A DNA stretch of 63,189 nucleotides, filler included, from Rhabdomonas costata (taxonomy: Eukaryota), in NCBI GenBank assembly GCA_019059605.1. It is 56 parts of 56 records of this genome, joined end to end, with 100 filler letters (N's around TTAATTAATTAA, not from the genome) between each part and the next. Parts side by side here need not be neighbours in the genome. Positions count along the whole stretch, not along the records: positions 24,870 to 25,899 come from JAHMHO010032488.1; positions 26,000 to 27,029 come from JAHMHO010032489.1; positions 27,130 to 28,159 come from JAHMHO010032490.1; positions 28,260 to 29,290 come from JAHMHO010032491.1; positions 29,391 to 30,420 come from JAHMHO010032492.1; positions 30,521 to 31,550 come from JAHMHO010032493.1; positions 31,651 to 32,680 come from JAHMHO010032494.1; positions 32,781 to 33,810 come from JAHMHO010032495.1; 48 more parts are not named here. One strand, 5' to 3'. The position numbers and the translations under genes were made by a program. The notes beneath the pieces were generated by a model that saw nothing but the letters and a program-made list of their open reading frames with translations, was not told the DNA's origin and did no database searches. Below, piece after piece: positions 24,870 through 38,099 of this stretch; the first letter of the stretch is position 1, and every line of letters begins with the position of its first letter.

Positions 24870-25899
24870 GGGTGGTGGGACGCCATGACGAACCCTGGGA
24901 TGCAGAACGGCGCCTACTCCAACGCCATCAGCACGGGCTGGCGTTCCACCTCCGCCAATCTGTTCAATCCAGGGTACTCGGACATCTACTTTACCCCAAG
25001 TGTCCCCATCTTCCTTATCCTGGAAATCAACGTGTGCGTGCTGGACGGCCCGAGCGGGAGCTGTGTGGGCCAACTGGGGAAAGGTCTGCTGCTTAAGTTC
25101 CTTGGGGACTTTTTGCGCACGTTGGTGTCGCAGAGCAGCCTGCTCTCACAAGGGGGCCGAGCGTTCAGCTATGAGCTGAACGGCAACCTCACCGGTGCCA
25201 GTCATGGGGCCGTGATGGCGACGAAGTCCGATGGCACGAATGTGCGGCTTGCGGTGTGGCAAAGCGGGGACAGCATCACTGCGAAGACGGGGGAGCTTCT
25301 GCGACCGAGCCTTGCACCCTCAGGCAGTGGTTGGAGCCCATTCTTTTTTCGTTTTCTCTTTATGGATGTGCTGCTCTCCACGAAAAGATTTGTGGGATGT
25401 TTTTCGCGAGGTCTCCCGCGTGTACTTTGACATATTGAGGGACAGCTTTCGCTCTATTTTAGACTGTCTTGCAGTGGCGAAGCGACGTTACGAGGGCACG
25501 CGAAGAACGATATACTCTGCGATAAACGGCATACGATAAACGATGTACAGATATCACAACATCGGCACAGCGGCAACCTGTCAGAACAAGGAGGAGCAGG
25601 CGTTGTCAGACGTGCTGCCATCGACCGCTCGATGCGCTCAAAGCCCCGAAGCTTCCATGAGCCGCATCATTGCTAAAGCCTTTCTGCTTGCCTTGGGACC
25701 TGACAGCACAAAGCATTTTCATGCTATGCTCGGACCCCAGCCGTCTGACAGCAAATATTACTCACCTCACAGCTGGGTGGAACTCCACGATCAAGTTCAG
25801 CTTTTCTCAAACTGGGGAGGAATACGACCACATCGGCCAGATCATGACCCTGCCCTACGGCCTGGTTTGGCGGGTCAGCGAGATCACCACGCTGACCCA
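24870..25899 (+). CDS. dCache-like extracellular receptor domain, paralogue; exons <24870-25329 and 25773->25899
   Basis: Shares CVGQLxKxxLLKFLGDFL, GRAFSY, ASHG, GEEYDHIGQ and LPYGLVWRVS with 23740-24769. Same intron position and phase. Confidence 0.65.
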
Positions 25900-28820
25900 N
25901 NNNNNNNNNNNNNNNNNNNNNNNNNNNNNNNNNNNNNNNNNNNTTAATTAATTAANNNNNNNNNNNNNNNNNNNNNNNNNNNNNNNNNNNNNNNNNNNNG
26001 TTGTTCCAGAAGGCATTGCAATGATTTCCAGGCTTCCAGGAAACCTCTGTGACACGTCAGATAGCCCTGCTGCATCACCATGGGTGATGACTACGAGGGA
26101 AGATGCTTCACCAGCAACAGCACGGGCTACGACGGAGAGCAGGTTCGTCTGAGAGGTGTGGTTGAGGCCCACGCTTGCCGGGACCAGGGGCAGCTCCAGA
26201 ATAACTGCTTGAGGTCCGTGGCGCCGTAGCAGGTGGTGAAGGACAAGAAGACCCTGAGACGGCGCAGGGCCAGCAGCCAGGTCCATCCCAACGTTGATCT
26301 CGTAGGGCGGAACGGCAGGCACGGCAAAGGTCCCACAGGGGAGCGTGGCGAAGCTAACCGGTGATACAAGGGAAGGGAAACCGAAAGGGAAAAACGGAGA
26401 AGGAGGTGAACGTGGAATATGAAGTTTTCCAGTTGCTGCGAGTTGCTCTTACTATTGCTTCACTGTTCCTCCAGCCATAGGAGCTGTTATGGAATCGCCA
26501 GAAAACCTTTGTCTCAGTATTCGCAAGGTCCACATGGCCAACACATCTTTGTGGCGTCGCGTATGCACTGGCATCACAACAACATGCACATGTGCTATCC
26601 ACATGAAAGAAAAACACTGGTACGAACAGCACGAAACCTCGCCATGACCACTGTGAAGCCTTCAGTGAGCAACTGCTGTGCCAGCAAGGCCGAGGTGAGC
26701 TCAGCCCAGCAAAGCAGCAGAACGGGACGGGGTGTGCTTTGCGACTGGCCACCGGAAGTAGCCGGGGGGAAGCTGCCCGTTGGCAGGGCGGAAGGGAGCC
26801 GGGGCCAGGTCCAGGCCCCAAAATTGGCGAGCAGCAGAAGGGTCGCCAGCAGGGTGCCGGTGACCGGGGGCCTGACCTGACTTCCCTGAATCAAAAACCG
26901 GAGAGATGGAGGAACGAGCCGCAACGACTCACGGAATCGCAGGCTTCGCTTCTGGTCAAAACCAGTACTCCATCTCTAAAGTGTCTCAATAATGCGTCGT
27001 CCGTCCACTGGAACTTCCCACCCACAACCNNNNNNNNNNNNNNNNNNNNNNNNNNNNNNNNNNNNNNNNNNNNTTAATTAATTAANNNNNNNNNNNNNNN
27101 NNNNNNNNNNNNNNNNNNNNNNNNNNNNNTGGTTTTGCTTAGCACCTGAAAGCTACTTCTGGCTAAGGCCTAAGAACTTGCCAATAGCTGGGATATGGGC
27201 GGACGAGCTGGACAACATACTGTTCAGGGCGAAGTCCAGCGCGCGGCGGCGTCTGGTGTGGGGACGTGACCTGGGTCCTTAATGAATTTAAAAAAATGCT
27301 CCCATAAAAAATTGCTACCACTGCTAACGATTTTAGCAGCAAATCTGAGAATTTAGTATGTGACATTTCGAACAGAAGCCTTTTTAGCCTATACTTTTGC
27401 CGGTGGTCCTTCGGCGCATCCTGCGATGTGCCGTGCTTTAAAATTCTCAGTTTACGGTGTGTGTAGCCTGCTAGTAGTAGGCACATAGAATTGGGTAACC
27501 CATCATCGGGATTCGGGTTTGATCCTTTGCATTCGACCTACAGTTAGGGGTTGGGGGAAAGGTACCAGTATTTGCTAATGCTCACCAAGAAGCTTCTGGA
27601 CTGTCAGCAGGAATTTCTGTAATCCCCGCGGATGCAGCGGGAACCCACGAAAACATCCATTAGGTAGGAGCACGGTCCGGGGAGCCCAATGGAGCGGTCC
27701 AAAAATATCTAACTCCAGCGCGTCTTCTAGCGGAATCCTTGGGGGGCGTCTGTACCCCCCTCCAACACCATTTCTTTCAATTGGAGTCCCAGACCATAGC
27801 TCAACTATCCCCTAACGCTCCACTGCAACGATTCAAACGTTTCAAAAGCAATCCGGCGAGAGGATATGCTACTGCCCCAAGCAGTTAGCATCTCCGTAAT
27901 AGGGCTCATCTGACAGACAACCCAACCGCGGTTTATTTTTTAGTGGCCGCCGCGGCAGAGAACGGGGTGCTGGCGGCGGTAGCCCGGGATCATTTAGCCG
28001 TCGCGGTGCGACTGATTGAGGCCGGGCATGGCTTCCCGCGGCAGGCGATGCTGCAGCCGAGCCAAGAAGGCGCCACTTCTTCTGCAGCTGATGCGGTCCC
28101 CAGCAGTGGTGTGATCTACCTTTTGCATCCCTTCCAGTGTCATCCCCCCCCCACCAAACNNNNNNNNNNNNNNNNNNNNNNNNNNNNNNNNNNNNNNNNN
28201 NNNTTAATTAATTAANNNNNNNNNNNNNNNNNNNNNNNNNNNNNNNNNNNNNNNNNNNNGTTTGGGAAGCGGTATTAGCGTCAGACTGGAATAGTGCTGC
28301 TCGAAATGCCACATTGCAGGAGGACCGGTGAGTTCCGCCGTGAAAGCAGCACCCTTGCCTGCATTGCAAAGCCCCCGAAGCAGGGGGGCTGCGCTACACG
28401 TCGCGTCATTCAGAACAATACGTAACATGCAAGGCATTGCACGTCATATTCGCCTGGTAGTGTGTACCCAGGCTTCACTTCAAGAAGGACTGACTCATTA
28501 AAGGTGCGCACGCGTTGGAGAAATATCCTCCATTTTCTCAGTTTTCTCAGTTTCGGGAATGACTTTCCACGAATGCAAACCCTTCGCAGAATGTGTTACT
28601 GCTGTTCTCGTCTCCTCCTGCCGTTCCGTCTTGCAGCCCTTGTGCTCATTTGTCTGGTTCTTCGCCGCACCTTCCATCGGGGTACACTTTTTGCTTCCCC
28701 CCTCCCCCTTCCTTCCTCCTCCTCCTTCTTCTCCTTTCTTTGCTTTCCTTTTGTTCCGTTTGTGCACCTCCAGTGGTGCAGTGCTGTTGTGTGTGCGTGT
28801 GTGTTTCCCTTTCCTGGAAA

Positions 28821-29090
28821 ATGGCTTCCGCTTCCTCCTCCTCCTCTTCCCTCTCTCTGGCGCGGGCTGCGGAGCGGGTCGTGACGGCGGTGATTCTTTT
28901 GGTGGTGCTGTGCGGGATGTCGTGCTGCCCTGCGGCTGGGGCGGTGCAGTTGCGGGGCAGCGTGAGCGCGCTAGTGAAGCCCATGCTGGGGGCCTGGTTG
29001 GTGGAGTTTTCGAAGATCTTCCCCGAGACCACGTTCAACATCTCCGTCGCCACCTCCATGGGCACCGTGGCTGCACTAGACAGCAACATG
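28821..29090 (+). CDS. First coding exon: signal peptide plus PstS-like periplasmic-binding-protein domain
   Basis: Hydrophobic leader, then VQLRGSVSALVKPMLGAWLVEFSKIFPETTFNISVATSMGTVAAL, resembling LxGAGSTxxxPLxxxWxxxFxxxxPxVxINYxxxGSGxG. Ends ATG|GTgtcg. Confidence 0.6.
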
Positions 29091-29390
29091 GTGTCGGAGT
29101 GGGGGATTTTTTGATCCTCTGTTTTGAGGCACAGAAAGGGGGAATGAACAGATGATGCAGAGTGCAATTGAGGGGGCCAGTATTCTGGCGTTCGTGCTTT
29201 TTCGCACAACACTGACAGGTTTGTTACAGTGCAACTGAACTGACAGCCTCCCATGCTGAGCCAATGAAACAGCCGTGCCCCCCCCCCAACNNNNNNNNNN
29301 NNNNNNNNNNNNNNNNNNNNNNNNNNNNNNNNNNTTAATTAATTAANNNNNNNNNNNNNNNNNNNNNNNNNNNNNNNNNNNNNNNNNNNN

Positions 29391-29830
29391 GGGGTGGGGT
29401 GTACTCGCTGCGCTACAAACTCGACGTGAATGGCAATTTGTACTCAGCAGGTATCGGGTTCGGGATTGAGTCAGGTCTCAACGGTACGGCGGTATCGCGC
29501 TTTGTGATCCAGGCTGACCAGTTTGCGATATATAACGGTAATGTTGGCGCCCAGGGATCAAGCGTACCGTTTGCGGTGAACGGTACAGAAACCTACATCA
29601 AGTCTGCTTTCATCCAGGACGGCACCATTACTAACGCCAAGATCGGTAACTACATACAGTCGAACAACTATGTTGCTGGAGTAAGCGGGTGGAAGCTTTT
29701 CTTCGACGGGACGTTTGAACTCAATGGTGTAGTTCCCGGCCAGGGACGATCAATGATGACGAATAGGTCTCTACGCTTCTGGGATGTGAATGGAGTCAAG
29801 CGAGTTCAGATAGGAGACCTAAGTGAATGA
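29391..29830 (+). CDS. Phage tail tip / host-specificity protein J, C-terminal DUF1983 region (5'-partial)
   Basis: YSAGIGFGIE...SRFVIQADQFAI...PFAVNGTETYIKSAFIQDGTITNAKIGNYIQSNNYVAGVSGWKL. Intronless. Confidence 0.92.
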
Positions 29831-30180
29831 CGACAGGAATTAGGATTTGGGGGGCCAATGGAGCCCTCCAGCTTGATGAAAACTCTTTCACGGTGAGGGT
29901 CGTTTATTCGACCTTGGTGACAAGAAATCCTGAAAGCCCGAACTCGACACGGAACGTCTTTATATCAATCCCGGAGGTAAACCCGGAAAGCTACACAGCG
30001 GTATGCGTACCCAACATATCGTTCACTGGAGATCCGAGCGGGCAGGATGCCAGGAACTCAATGTTCGATGCGCAAGTTGTGCAGGGCGGGGTTATAGTCT
30101 GGTTTACAAACAGGGCATTCCCGGCGTCAGCCGCTTTCGGCGTAGGTACTCAGCGACTCTTAGTGATGAGGTACAGATGA
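29827..30180 (+). CDS. Phage tail-associated hypothetical protein
   Basis: ATGA overlap with J and a GGAG RBS upstream. GIRIWGANGALQLDENSFTVR is the type of gene that follows J in Pseudomonas prophages. Confidence 0.8.
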   Translation: MTTGIRIWGANGALQLDENSFTVRVVYSTLVTRNPESPNSTRNVFISIPEVNPESYTAVCVPNISFTGDPSGQDARNSMFDAQVVQGGVIVWFTNRAFPASAAFGVGTQRLLVMRYR

Positions 30181-30420
30181 CATACGGTCTAAAGTTCACA
30201 AACACATCCGACGTGGTTACTTTGGACTCGGAGTTTTCCAGGCTGGTTATCCTTTATTCGGCAAGGTATAACGCCGGGGCATTCTTTCCGTACCCGATAA
30301 CGTCTCAAGAGCCTCCACTCATCTTTGTGCGGCCCGACAACACCGCATCGTTCCAGTACATCAGGCTTATTGGGACGCCTGGAAACTGGACAGGATTCTC
30401 AAACTCTCACCCAACAAACA
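30177..30420 (+). CDS. Phage tail-associated hypothetical protein (3'-partial)
   Basis: ATGA overlap and GAGG RBS. MTYGLKFTNTSDVVTLDSEFSRL...TSQEPPLIFVRPD. Confidence 0.8.
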
Positions 30421-30639
30421 NNNNNNNNNNNNNNNNNNNNNNNNNNNNNNNNNNNNNNNNNNNNTTAATTAATTAANNNNNNNNNNNNNNNNNNNNNNNN
30501 NNNNNNNNNNNNNNNNNNNNGTGCATGCGTTTGTGGTGCTGGGATTGCTTGTGGTACGTTGCCTTCCGGTGTTGCTGTGGGTCAAAGTGGTGTTCAGGGG
30601 TTGGAGTGTCCGCTGCTGGGGGTTTCGGCTCTTCTGTCC

Positions 30640-30733
30640 AGTGCCGCTGAAGTCCCAGCAGGGCAGTAGAAGGAGGCAGGGCAGACCAAGCACACGGCAA
30701 TGGTGATGGCGCCAACCACCCCGCTGTAAGTCC
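30640..30733 (-). CDS. Cys-rich (GCC2/GCC3, ephrin-receptor-like) repeat exon
   Basis: tatacAG|GTYSGVVGAITIAVCLVCPASFYCPAGTSAA. The 3' boundary is unresolved. Confidence 0.6.
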
Positions 30734-32892
30734 CTGTATAGGGGATGGGCGTGAAGCGTTCATTTGAAGCGAGCGCAGATGCTCGAGTGAAAAGGAAACA
30801 CAGCCGTAGGGTAATCAGATTGTTGTATAACTCTGGCAAAAAAAAAATCGATGATTCAGAATAATATCGCTCACTCCAGAGACGGAAAAACCATGCATCG
30901 CAATGGAAACAAGCGGGTTTCAGCAGCGCAAAAGCGTGTTGCCCCCATTTCTAAATGCACGACCCACGGAGAACGGAGAGAACGAGTCAGAAGAACTGAA
31001 TGGGAAAAGGAATAGCTCGAGCACACCTGCAGGGCAGGGCGTGGGCGAGCCTGACGCTCGAGGACAGTAGAAACCTACAAAAGGAAGGCCCAGACAGGAC
31101 GGGAAACGTTTGGGAGCACTCGTTTTGCATGGTCCAAGTGCAACACCACAGAAAACGAAAGTAGCTGAAAAGCAGGTCCGTTCGTTCCGTTTCAAGGCAG
31201 CCCGCACGTGTGCAAAGAGTCACCACCACTCCGAGTTATTCACAGGAGTGGGGAACTAATGTTTTGTGAACCTCGCCGAGAGACTGTCTACAGAATTTCA
31301 TTGCCGCCATTGCACTGACAGATATGATCGACCAGAGCATTAAAAAGGCATCCTGCGGGCATACATGCATACTACAAGACAGCGTAGTATTCAAGTGCGC
31401 CTTCTTTCGAAGGAACGAGGCACTTACCTTGCGGGCACTTCAGAGTATCTGTTATAAAGGGAGTCCCCTCGGGGCAGTAGTACCTGCGACGTACAAAACG
31501 GAAAGAGGTGGGGCAACACCCCCCTCCCCCCCAAACCAAGCATATATCCTNNNNNNNNNNNNNNNNNNNNNNNNNNNNNNNNNNNNNNNNNNNNTTAATT
31601 AATTAANNNNNNNNNNNNNNNNNNNNNNNNNNNNNNNNNNNNNNNNNNNNGGTGGGGGGGGTGAATGCTGAACGGTTAGAGCGCCGAGGCGAGGCGGCAA
31701 TCGCAGAAACCTGCAGTCACCACCACCACCACTACGACTACTACTACTACTAACGTGTAGATACTTCCATGATGATATGGGACAAACCGTGCGCGCTTTT
31801 GCGGTGAAAGCCTCTTCGCAGTGCAATGGTGGCTTTCAATTTGCATTCGGCGCTGTGACTCGTTTCTAGTGCGGGGAACTCTCTCTCACACATCAAGCGG
31901 GCGTCTTTGGAAGAGTTGTGATAGCTCTTTTTGCTCGTGTCCGGCCTGGCGTTTTATCTAGGGGAGGACCGCATTTCTAAGAGGATCGACCATTTTCTAA
32001 TAATTTCTGGTGATTTACTTGTGGTGCAAATTCAAGTACATTCAAGCTGTCGCTGCTAAAGTCGGGGAGTTTGGAGCAATGACCACGTCAATCCGTTCGA
32101 AATTTTGCCAGATCCCTCTCAGGTTGATCCCAGAAATTCTGCATCCCCTTTTTTCTCGAAGGTATCGTCGCGCTCAGCGGTGTACCTGTTCCCCCGGGCC
32201 AGCTCCGCACCGTCACTGAGCCTTCTGCAAGTCAGGTGTGCTGACTCTCGGATTGGCTTCTCGGACCCACTCGTATCGCTTGAAACCACAAACGTCAGTG
32301 CAACAGTGCTGATCAGTGTGTCTGTGGTGGTGTGTTCTTCGGCAAGTTTTAAAACCACTGTGCCTCTCAAAAAACAATATTCGTGCTTGACGGCAAAAGC
32401 GCAGCATAACATGTCGACAGGTGGGAGTAGTGTGAGAGAAATAAATGATAGCGGATAGAGAGAGACTGGAGATGTAAGTGTGAAGTTGGGCAGTCGCGAC
32501 GATGGGACGATGGGAATGGGATTGCATTTTGTAACCTGCCCTGAATCGCATTCCTTGAATTTCCAACGGAAACCCCTGTTGAGAATACCTGAAAGCTTCG
32601 ATTTTCTCTCACAATTCCACATGCACCCTATCTCGTGCAAAGATCTGTAAGCCGTCCGCCATGCATCCTTCCCCAACACCNNNNNNNNNNNNNNNNNNNN
32701 NNNNNNNNNNNNNNNNNNNNNNNNTTAATTAATTAANNNNNNNNNNNNNNNNNNNNNNNNNNNNNNNNNNNNNNNNNNNNGGGGTGGGGGGAAACCAATT
32801 GACAAGAATTATGGAGCCAGGCTTTCAAAGAGGTACATCGCACCCAAACCCATCCTCTTGACGGATAGTATTTCAGAGCAAGCGAGCAGTAC

Positions 32893-33632
32893 CCCGCGAT
32901 GCAGCAGATCACCAGCCCCGTGGTCAGAGCGACACCGGAATACACTACAGAAGTCCAGCTTTGGGTGTCCGTTGCCACCACCAGGATCCACGGCAAGCCC
33001 TACAAAAACAAAGGAAGGCCGCGACACGACAGCTCGTCGGAGACACGCTTCAGCCCTTAACTGCAGCTGCCATTCCGCTGTGTTCTTCTCTTCAATCAGC
33101 ACGACGAGAAACTACCCATTGCCCTGGCCAGATTTGCGGAATGAAACTCGGACACAAGGACACAAGAGCAGCTCCCGAGACGGGTCCTATTAATGATAGA
33201 AGAAACTGTCATTCAGGACGATTCAGGTGAAACATGTCAAACCTTCTGCTGTGGCAAGTGCTCAAAAACTGAACGACGCACCACACTGAGGTGATCTCTA
33301 CGCCACCCTCTCCTCATCACCAACACATCAGAGGACCACACCCCGAAGTCGAGCTCACGTGCGTCTACCAAGTACCCCGCAACGTTCTCCGTCGTGCCCT
33401 GGGTGTGCCCCAGGAACCGCGCCCATCCCCCGCCATCGCCACTCCCCAGAGCCTGGGAAAGCTTCCGCACTGCGCTGTCCGTGGCCTGGTCTGCCCGGAT
33501 CCGCTGGAACGCCCCCGAGGCATTGTTGGGCGGCGCCGCGACTCTCTGGCCCGCGCTGGAGCTGGCCACCAGGAACCCCGTGTGGGCCTCCACCAAGAAC
33601 ACCACCGTGCCCGGGAACAGTAGTGACGAGAG
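32893..33632 (-). CDS. dCache-like receptor domain plus following transmembrane helix; exons 33632-33342 and 32999-~32893
   Basis: VVFLVEAHTGFLVASS...RIRADQATDSAVR...DFG|GLPWILVVATDTQSW, then hydrophobic GVALTTGLVICCIAG. Confidence 0.7.
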
Positions 33633-36600
33633 CTAAGGAAGAAGACATGGTGGGACCTGCCGCTACTGCTGACGTCTCCAGGCCAAAACAAAAAGAAAAA
33701 CCCACCCCAAGGTCCCTTCCGAAATTGACACGCGCAGCAAACCAAAGTGAAAGTGACGATTTCATGATGGTTCTTGTCACGATACTGCAACCCCCCCCCG
33801 CCCCAGGAGTNNNNNNNNNNNNNNNNNNNNNNNNNNNNNNNNNNNNNNNNNNNNTTAATTAATTAANNNNNNNNNNNNNNNNNNNNNNNNNNNNNNNNNN
33901 NNNNNNNNNNGGTTTTGTGGTTAAAGAGATTCCTAAAGTAATGTAAGGCCTTGACCAATTCCATATCAGCGCAAAAACCGCGAGAAAAAGCACGAAAACA
34001 GCGGTGATGGAACAACTAATGGAGCAGTTCGAGGCGAACTGCCTCTTCCAATGTCAGTAGGTATTGAGTTATCGTTTTCTCCTCCCGCCCACCACTACGG
34101 CCAAGAACAAACGTGTAGAAGGCCCCGCTCAAAAGCCACCGCTTTCGAGCATCAAGGCAAGCAGCTCAGTGTGCACAGCGTCCAAAGTCCAGAAAACTCA
34201 AAGCAGGGACTACCAGAGTCCAGCTGAATGGCTTCGAAACAGGCAGCCACACAATATCAATCGGTTCTCTGTTCTTTTTTTGTTTCGCTTCTCGCCATGC
34301 CCTCAACGGCCCGCAGCGAGCGAGATACTGACAGGACCCTCGATGCAGCCAAAGGATGGGCTCCTCCTAGCACGTGACTTGTTGAGGGCGGCCGACATTT
34401 CGCTGCATGGGAGGCCGTACGCGTCTGTGGCCCTTTGGATTCCTGACTTTTCTCAGCCAATCGGAGTAATTGGGATGCCACTCCGCAGCATGGCTGGGCT
34501 GGTGATGCACCCCCGCAGGGGGGCCTGCAGCCTCACTGAGAGCTGCATGTCCGAGGGGCTCACAGTGGACGTGGGGACACGAGCCGAGCGGTTGCGGAGC
34601 ACCTACGTTTGCGTGCAAAGGGGGTCATTTGTTCTTAGCCGCACCGTTTGACAGTTGGCAAAGTTGCTAATCTCTCACGTAATACCTTATCTTTTACCCC
34701 TTATGCCCCTGTACATTCCTCTGCGTGTGTTTGTGTGTGTGCGCGCGCATGTAAGTAAACCTCAGCGCAATACATCGCTACAGTTACACAAATGGGCAGG
34801 TCAGTAGAAACCAACTGGGTATGCCGCTGACACCGCTAGAAAACCCGCAAACACATGAAGACACCTCGTGGTTTGTCGCGACCAGCTCGCATGCGCGACA
34901 CAGGGGGTGGGGCAGCGAAGCCCATGCCCTCCACACAACANNNNNNNNNNNNNNNNNNNNNNNNNNNNNNNNNNNNNNNNNNNNTTAATTAATTAANNNN
35001 NNNNNNNNNNNNNNNNNNNNNNNNNNNNNNNNNNNNNNNNGTGTTGGGTGTGGTTGGTGTTGTGGGGATACGAAGGTCTACCTCGCAGCACGTTGTCCCG
35101 GTTCTTGGGCGGCGGAGGGCGAGCCGCGCTGTTGGAGTCCACAATGGTAAGGGTGGGCTTTCCGAAGTATGCGGGGTCCACGGAGGGCAGGATCCTGGGA
35201 GTACAGAGAGAAGCACATCCCCTGGGCTTCCACGTTGAAGACAGTTTTAACGCTCATGAAAATGGGAGCCCAGAAGAGAGCAAAAAATTAGTCATCCAAT
35301 GTATGAAAGGTGCTCGCGGCACTCCGCCCTGCGTCGCTGGAGTTGCAACGTACAGGTACAGGTACAGGTCTGTGTCAGGTCTGTGTCACAGCAGAACTCA
35401 GGCCCCAGACATAAGTCTTTTGTATGTGGCTGTGTTGCTGATGGATGCAATAGGGGCAGGCAGGGAACCGTTCACTTCCAGCGCTTACCCGTCTCTCAAA
35501 AGACCCTCTGGACCATCTGGGAGAGGATTGACCCCTCCCCCCTACCGAAAAGGTAAACGGTGCCAGGACCCACACACACGCACACACAGGCAAGTTCAGA
35601 CACACACCGCTCCCTGCGATGGTGAAAGTCGACGGCATAGAGGATGTCATCCGTCTCCTGAAAAGCAAACCCCAACCTCAAAGAAAGTGCGGCTTTGCAT
35701 ACCTCGTATCCACCAAAAGCACTCCGTCCTTAAAACCATCACATCAAATGTCTCAAAATTAAACAGAATTCAGCAACCGTGGAAAATCAAAACCTGGGAA
35801 GGCGGAGATTCCTGCCCTGCTGTGTGGTGAACCGGTGCCCTGCGGCTCACAACAGGAGTATGGGGATCTCCGTGCGAGCACTCAGGCAGTATGCTAAGGA
35901 TATCTTTGCATTTCGTGCATCCTTTCTGCCTAGCTTCTTTCCGCCCTCTGTCCCCCAATCCAAAACAATTTGAACTATGGAGCACGGCAATTTTGCGCAC
36001 GCGCAGGCCCAGAGCGGTGGGAGAGCTCGGGGATCACCACTGCACTTCGCCCGCAGAGCACAACCACACANNNNNNNNNNNNNNNNNNNNNNNNNNNNNN
36101 NNNNNNNNNNNNNNTTAATTAATTAANNNNNNNNNNNNNNNNNNNNNNNNNNNNNNNNNNNNNNNNNNNNCAACCACTGTGGACTGACGCGCTTTTGGCC
36201 ACGGGTGCTCGCAAGAGGCACCGTTGGAGCGAACGGCGCCATGGGAACTGGCTCTCTGCTGGTGTGCATGTGTATTGTGGCATTGCACCCGAATAGAGCC
36301 CGCAACAGCACACACAAGAAAAGAAAGACTGAGTCACAATGTCTCGTTGGGGAGAGAGGGCAGGGGGCAGCGGGAGCGCTAGCTCAGTATCCACGGTTTG
36401 TCCAACGCGCAGCCACAACCTTCCAAAACGGACGAAGGAATGGTGAGACCGCACAGCCCGCAGCACGAGGACGGCGGCAAGGGAGGCCCTCTCCGCTGGT
36501 TGTACTCCACCCGCACAACCGCGGAGCGGGGGTGGCGCCCCGCGGGCACAGCGACGTCGTGGAACAAGCCGCACTGTGCTCGTACGTCCTCTGTTGCGGA

Positions 36601-37551
36601 CACAAAACAGGCCAACGGGGGAGATGGATGCTCGCAGAGGTTTTCTGTTTGTTTCTCGCTCCCATCGTCGAGCGTCGACACAAAAGGAAAGCGAAAACAG
36701 GCGTTTCCGCCAGAAGAACGCAAGTTGCACAAACACACCATTAGAGCTGGCATGCGGGGCGGAGGAGCGTGGCATGAGAAGCAATCAACAGAGAAAACAG
36801 CGGTGTGAAAAATAGAAGGGGACAGAATAAGAAAAAAAGCACGGTACTTCTTCCCTGTCCACTTTTACCCCTGCTGGTGCTGCAATTGCCCTTCGTGCCC
36901 TTCGTCTTCAAAATACACAGAACACACGCTTAATTCTAGAACTGGAGTTTCTTTCACACAGATAGCTCCGTTGTGGTGTGTGGCGCAGGCGCACCAGTCT
37001 TCTTTCACACGCCGCACAAACGCAACAACACTGCATATGCAAGTCTTCGAACACACGAACATGACGCAACGATAAATTAGCGACTGACCCACGAAGTTCA
37101 AATAAAGCATTGCACCAGCTTCAGTCCTCCATTCGGCTTCAAAGTGACCACAAAACCCAAAACAGCACACCCAGCTACCCCCCCCCACACACCCACCACA
37201 NNNNNNNNNNNNNNNNNNNNNNNNNNNNNNNNNNNNNNNNNNNNTTAATTAATTAANNNNNNNNNNNNNNNNNNNNNNNNNNNNNNNNNNNNNNNNNNNN
37301 GGGTTTGTGGAATGAACAGGATAACGCAAAAAGAGAGAAGAGCAAACCCACCCATTGGCGGGCACTGAGCACTTGCATGTAGATTGCAGGTAAACCATGA
37401 ATACGGACACATACATGCACTTACACTGCCTGTACAAAGCTTTGGTAAAGGTGTTTTGTGTCATTTCTGTCCGCGGACTTTTGAACTTAAACACCCACAT
37501 ACTCATACACAGCTGTAATTCCAGGCATGGGTGTGTGGACAAGCCGTCAAC

Positions 37552-38099
37552 CTGCAGAGAGGTAGTAGCTCGCGAGGCCCAGGCAATCCTTCACCCACAC
37601 CCGCGGCGAGAACTCCAGCCCGAACTCCAGCTGGTTCTGCAGGGTCAGCCGGCAGTACTGCGCGGAAAGAGCTCGGTCTTCCAGATTGGCGTACACCTGA
37701 GGCCCCCAACCCGAACTCCCACATACGCACACCTCATGTTCACCCCCCACATTTAGGCAGAGCTGCCTCCGCACAATAAGGAGAGAAGATGCAACGTCAA
37801 AGCCTGGGCTACCGGTGTAAACTCTGGTGTGCCTCGACAAAAATATCTCCGTGGCATATCAACCGCGGGCAAATCGAATCTATGGGCACAGATGCAACCA
37901 TCCCGCCTCCACCTAAGCGCGTTCCCTTTGAACAAAATAACACACGCCCTTTTATCGAGAGGAGAGGAGGGAACCACCACAGCAACCACCTGAGCCAGCA
38001 CGAAAGTGGTGGACGTGGACAATGCCCGCATCCGATTCAACGCCTTGGGCTCCGCCTGCGGTTGCCGCTGGGTCCACAACCGGTGTATCCTCTCCGCAG
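37552..38099 (-). CDS. KIFBP: KIF-binding protein; exons 38099-37990 and 37696-37552
   Basis: Spliced TSTTFVLAQ|VYANLEDRALSAQYCRLTLQNQLE...WVKDCLGLASYY matches KBP TxxxYYLAQVYxxL...AxYCxxTLxRQL...W. Confidence 0.75.

Noticed and set aside
23740-25899. Tandem gene cluster of two receptor paralogues
   Set aside because: They are separate contigs, and adjacency reflects length sorting rather than linkage.
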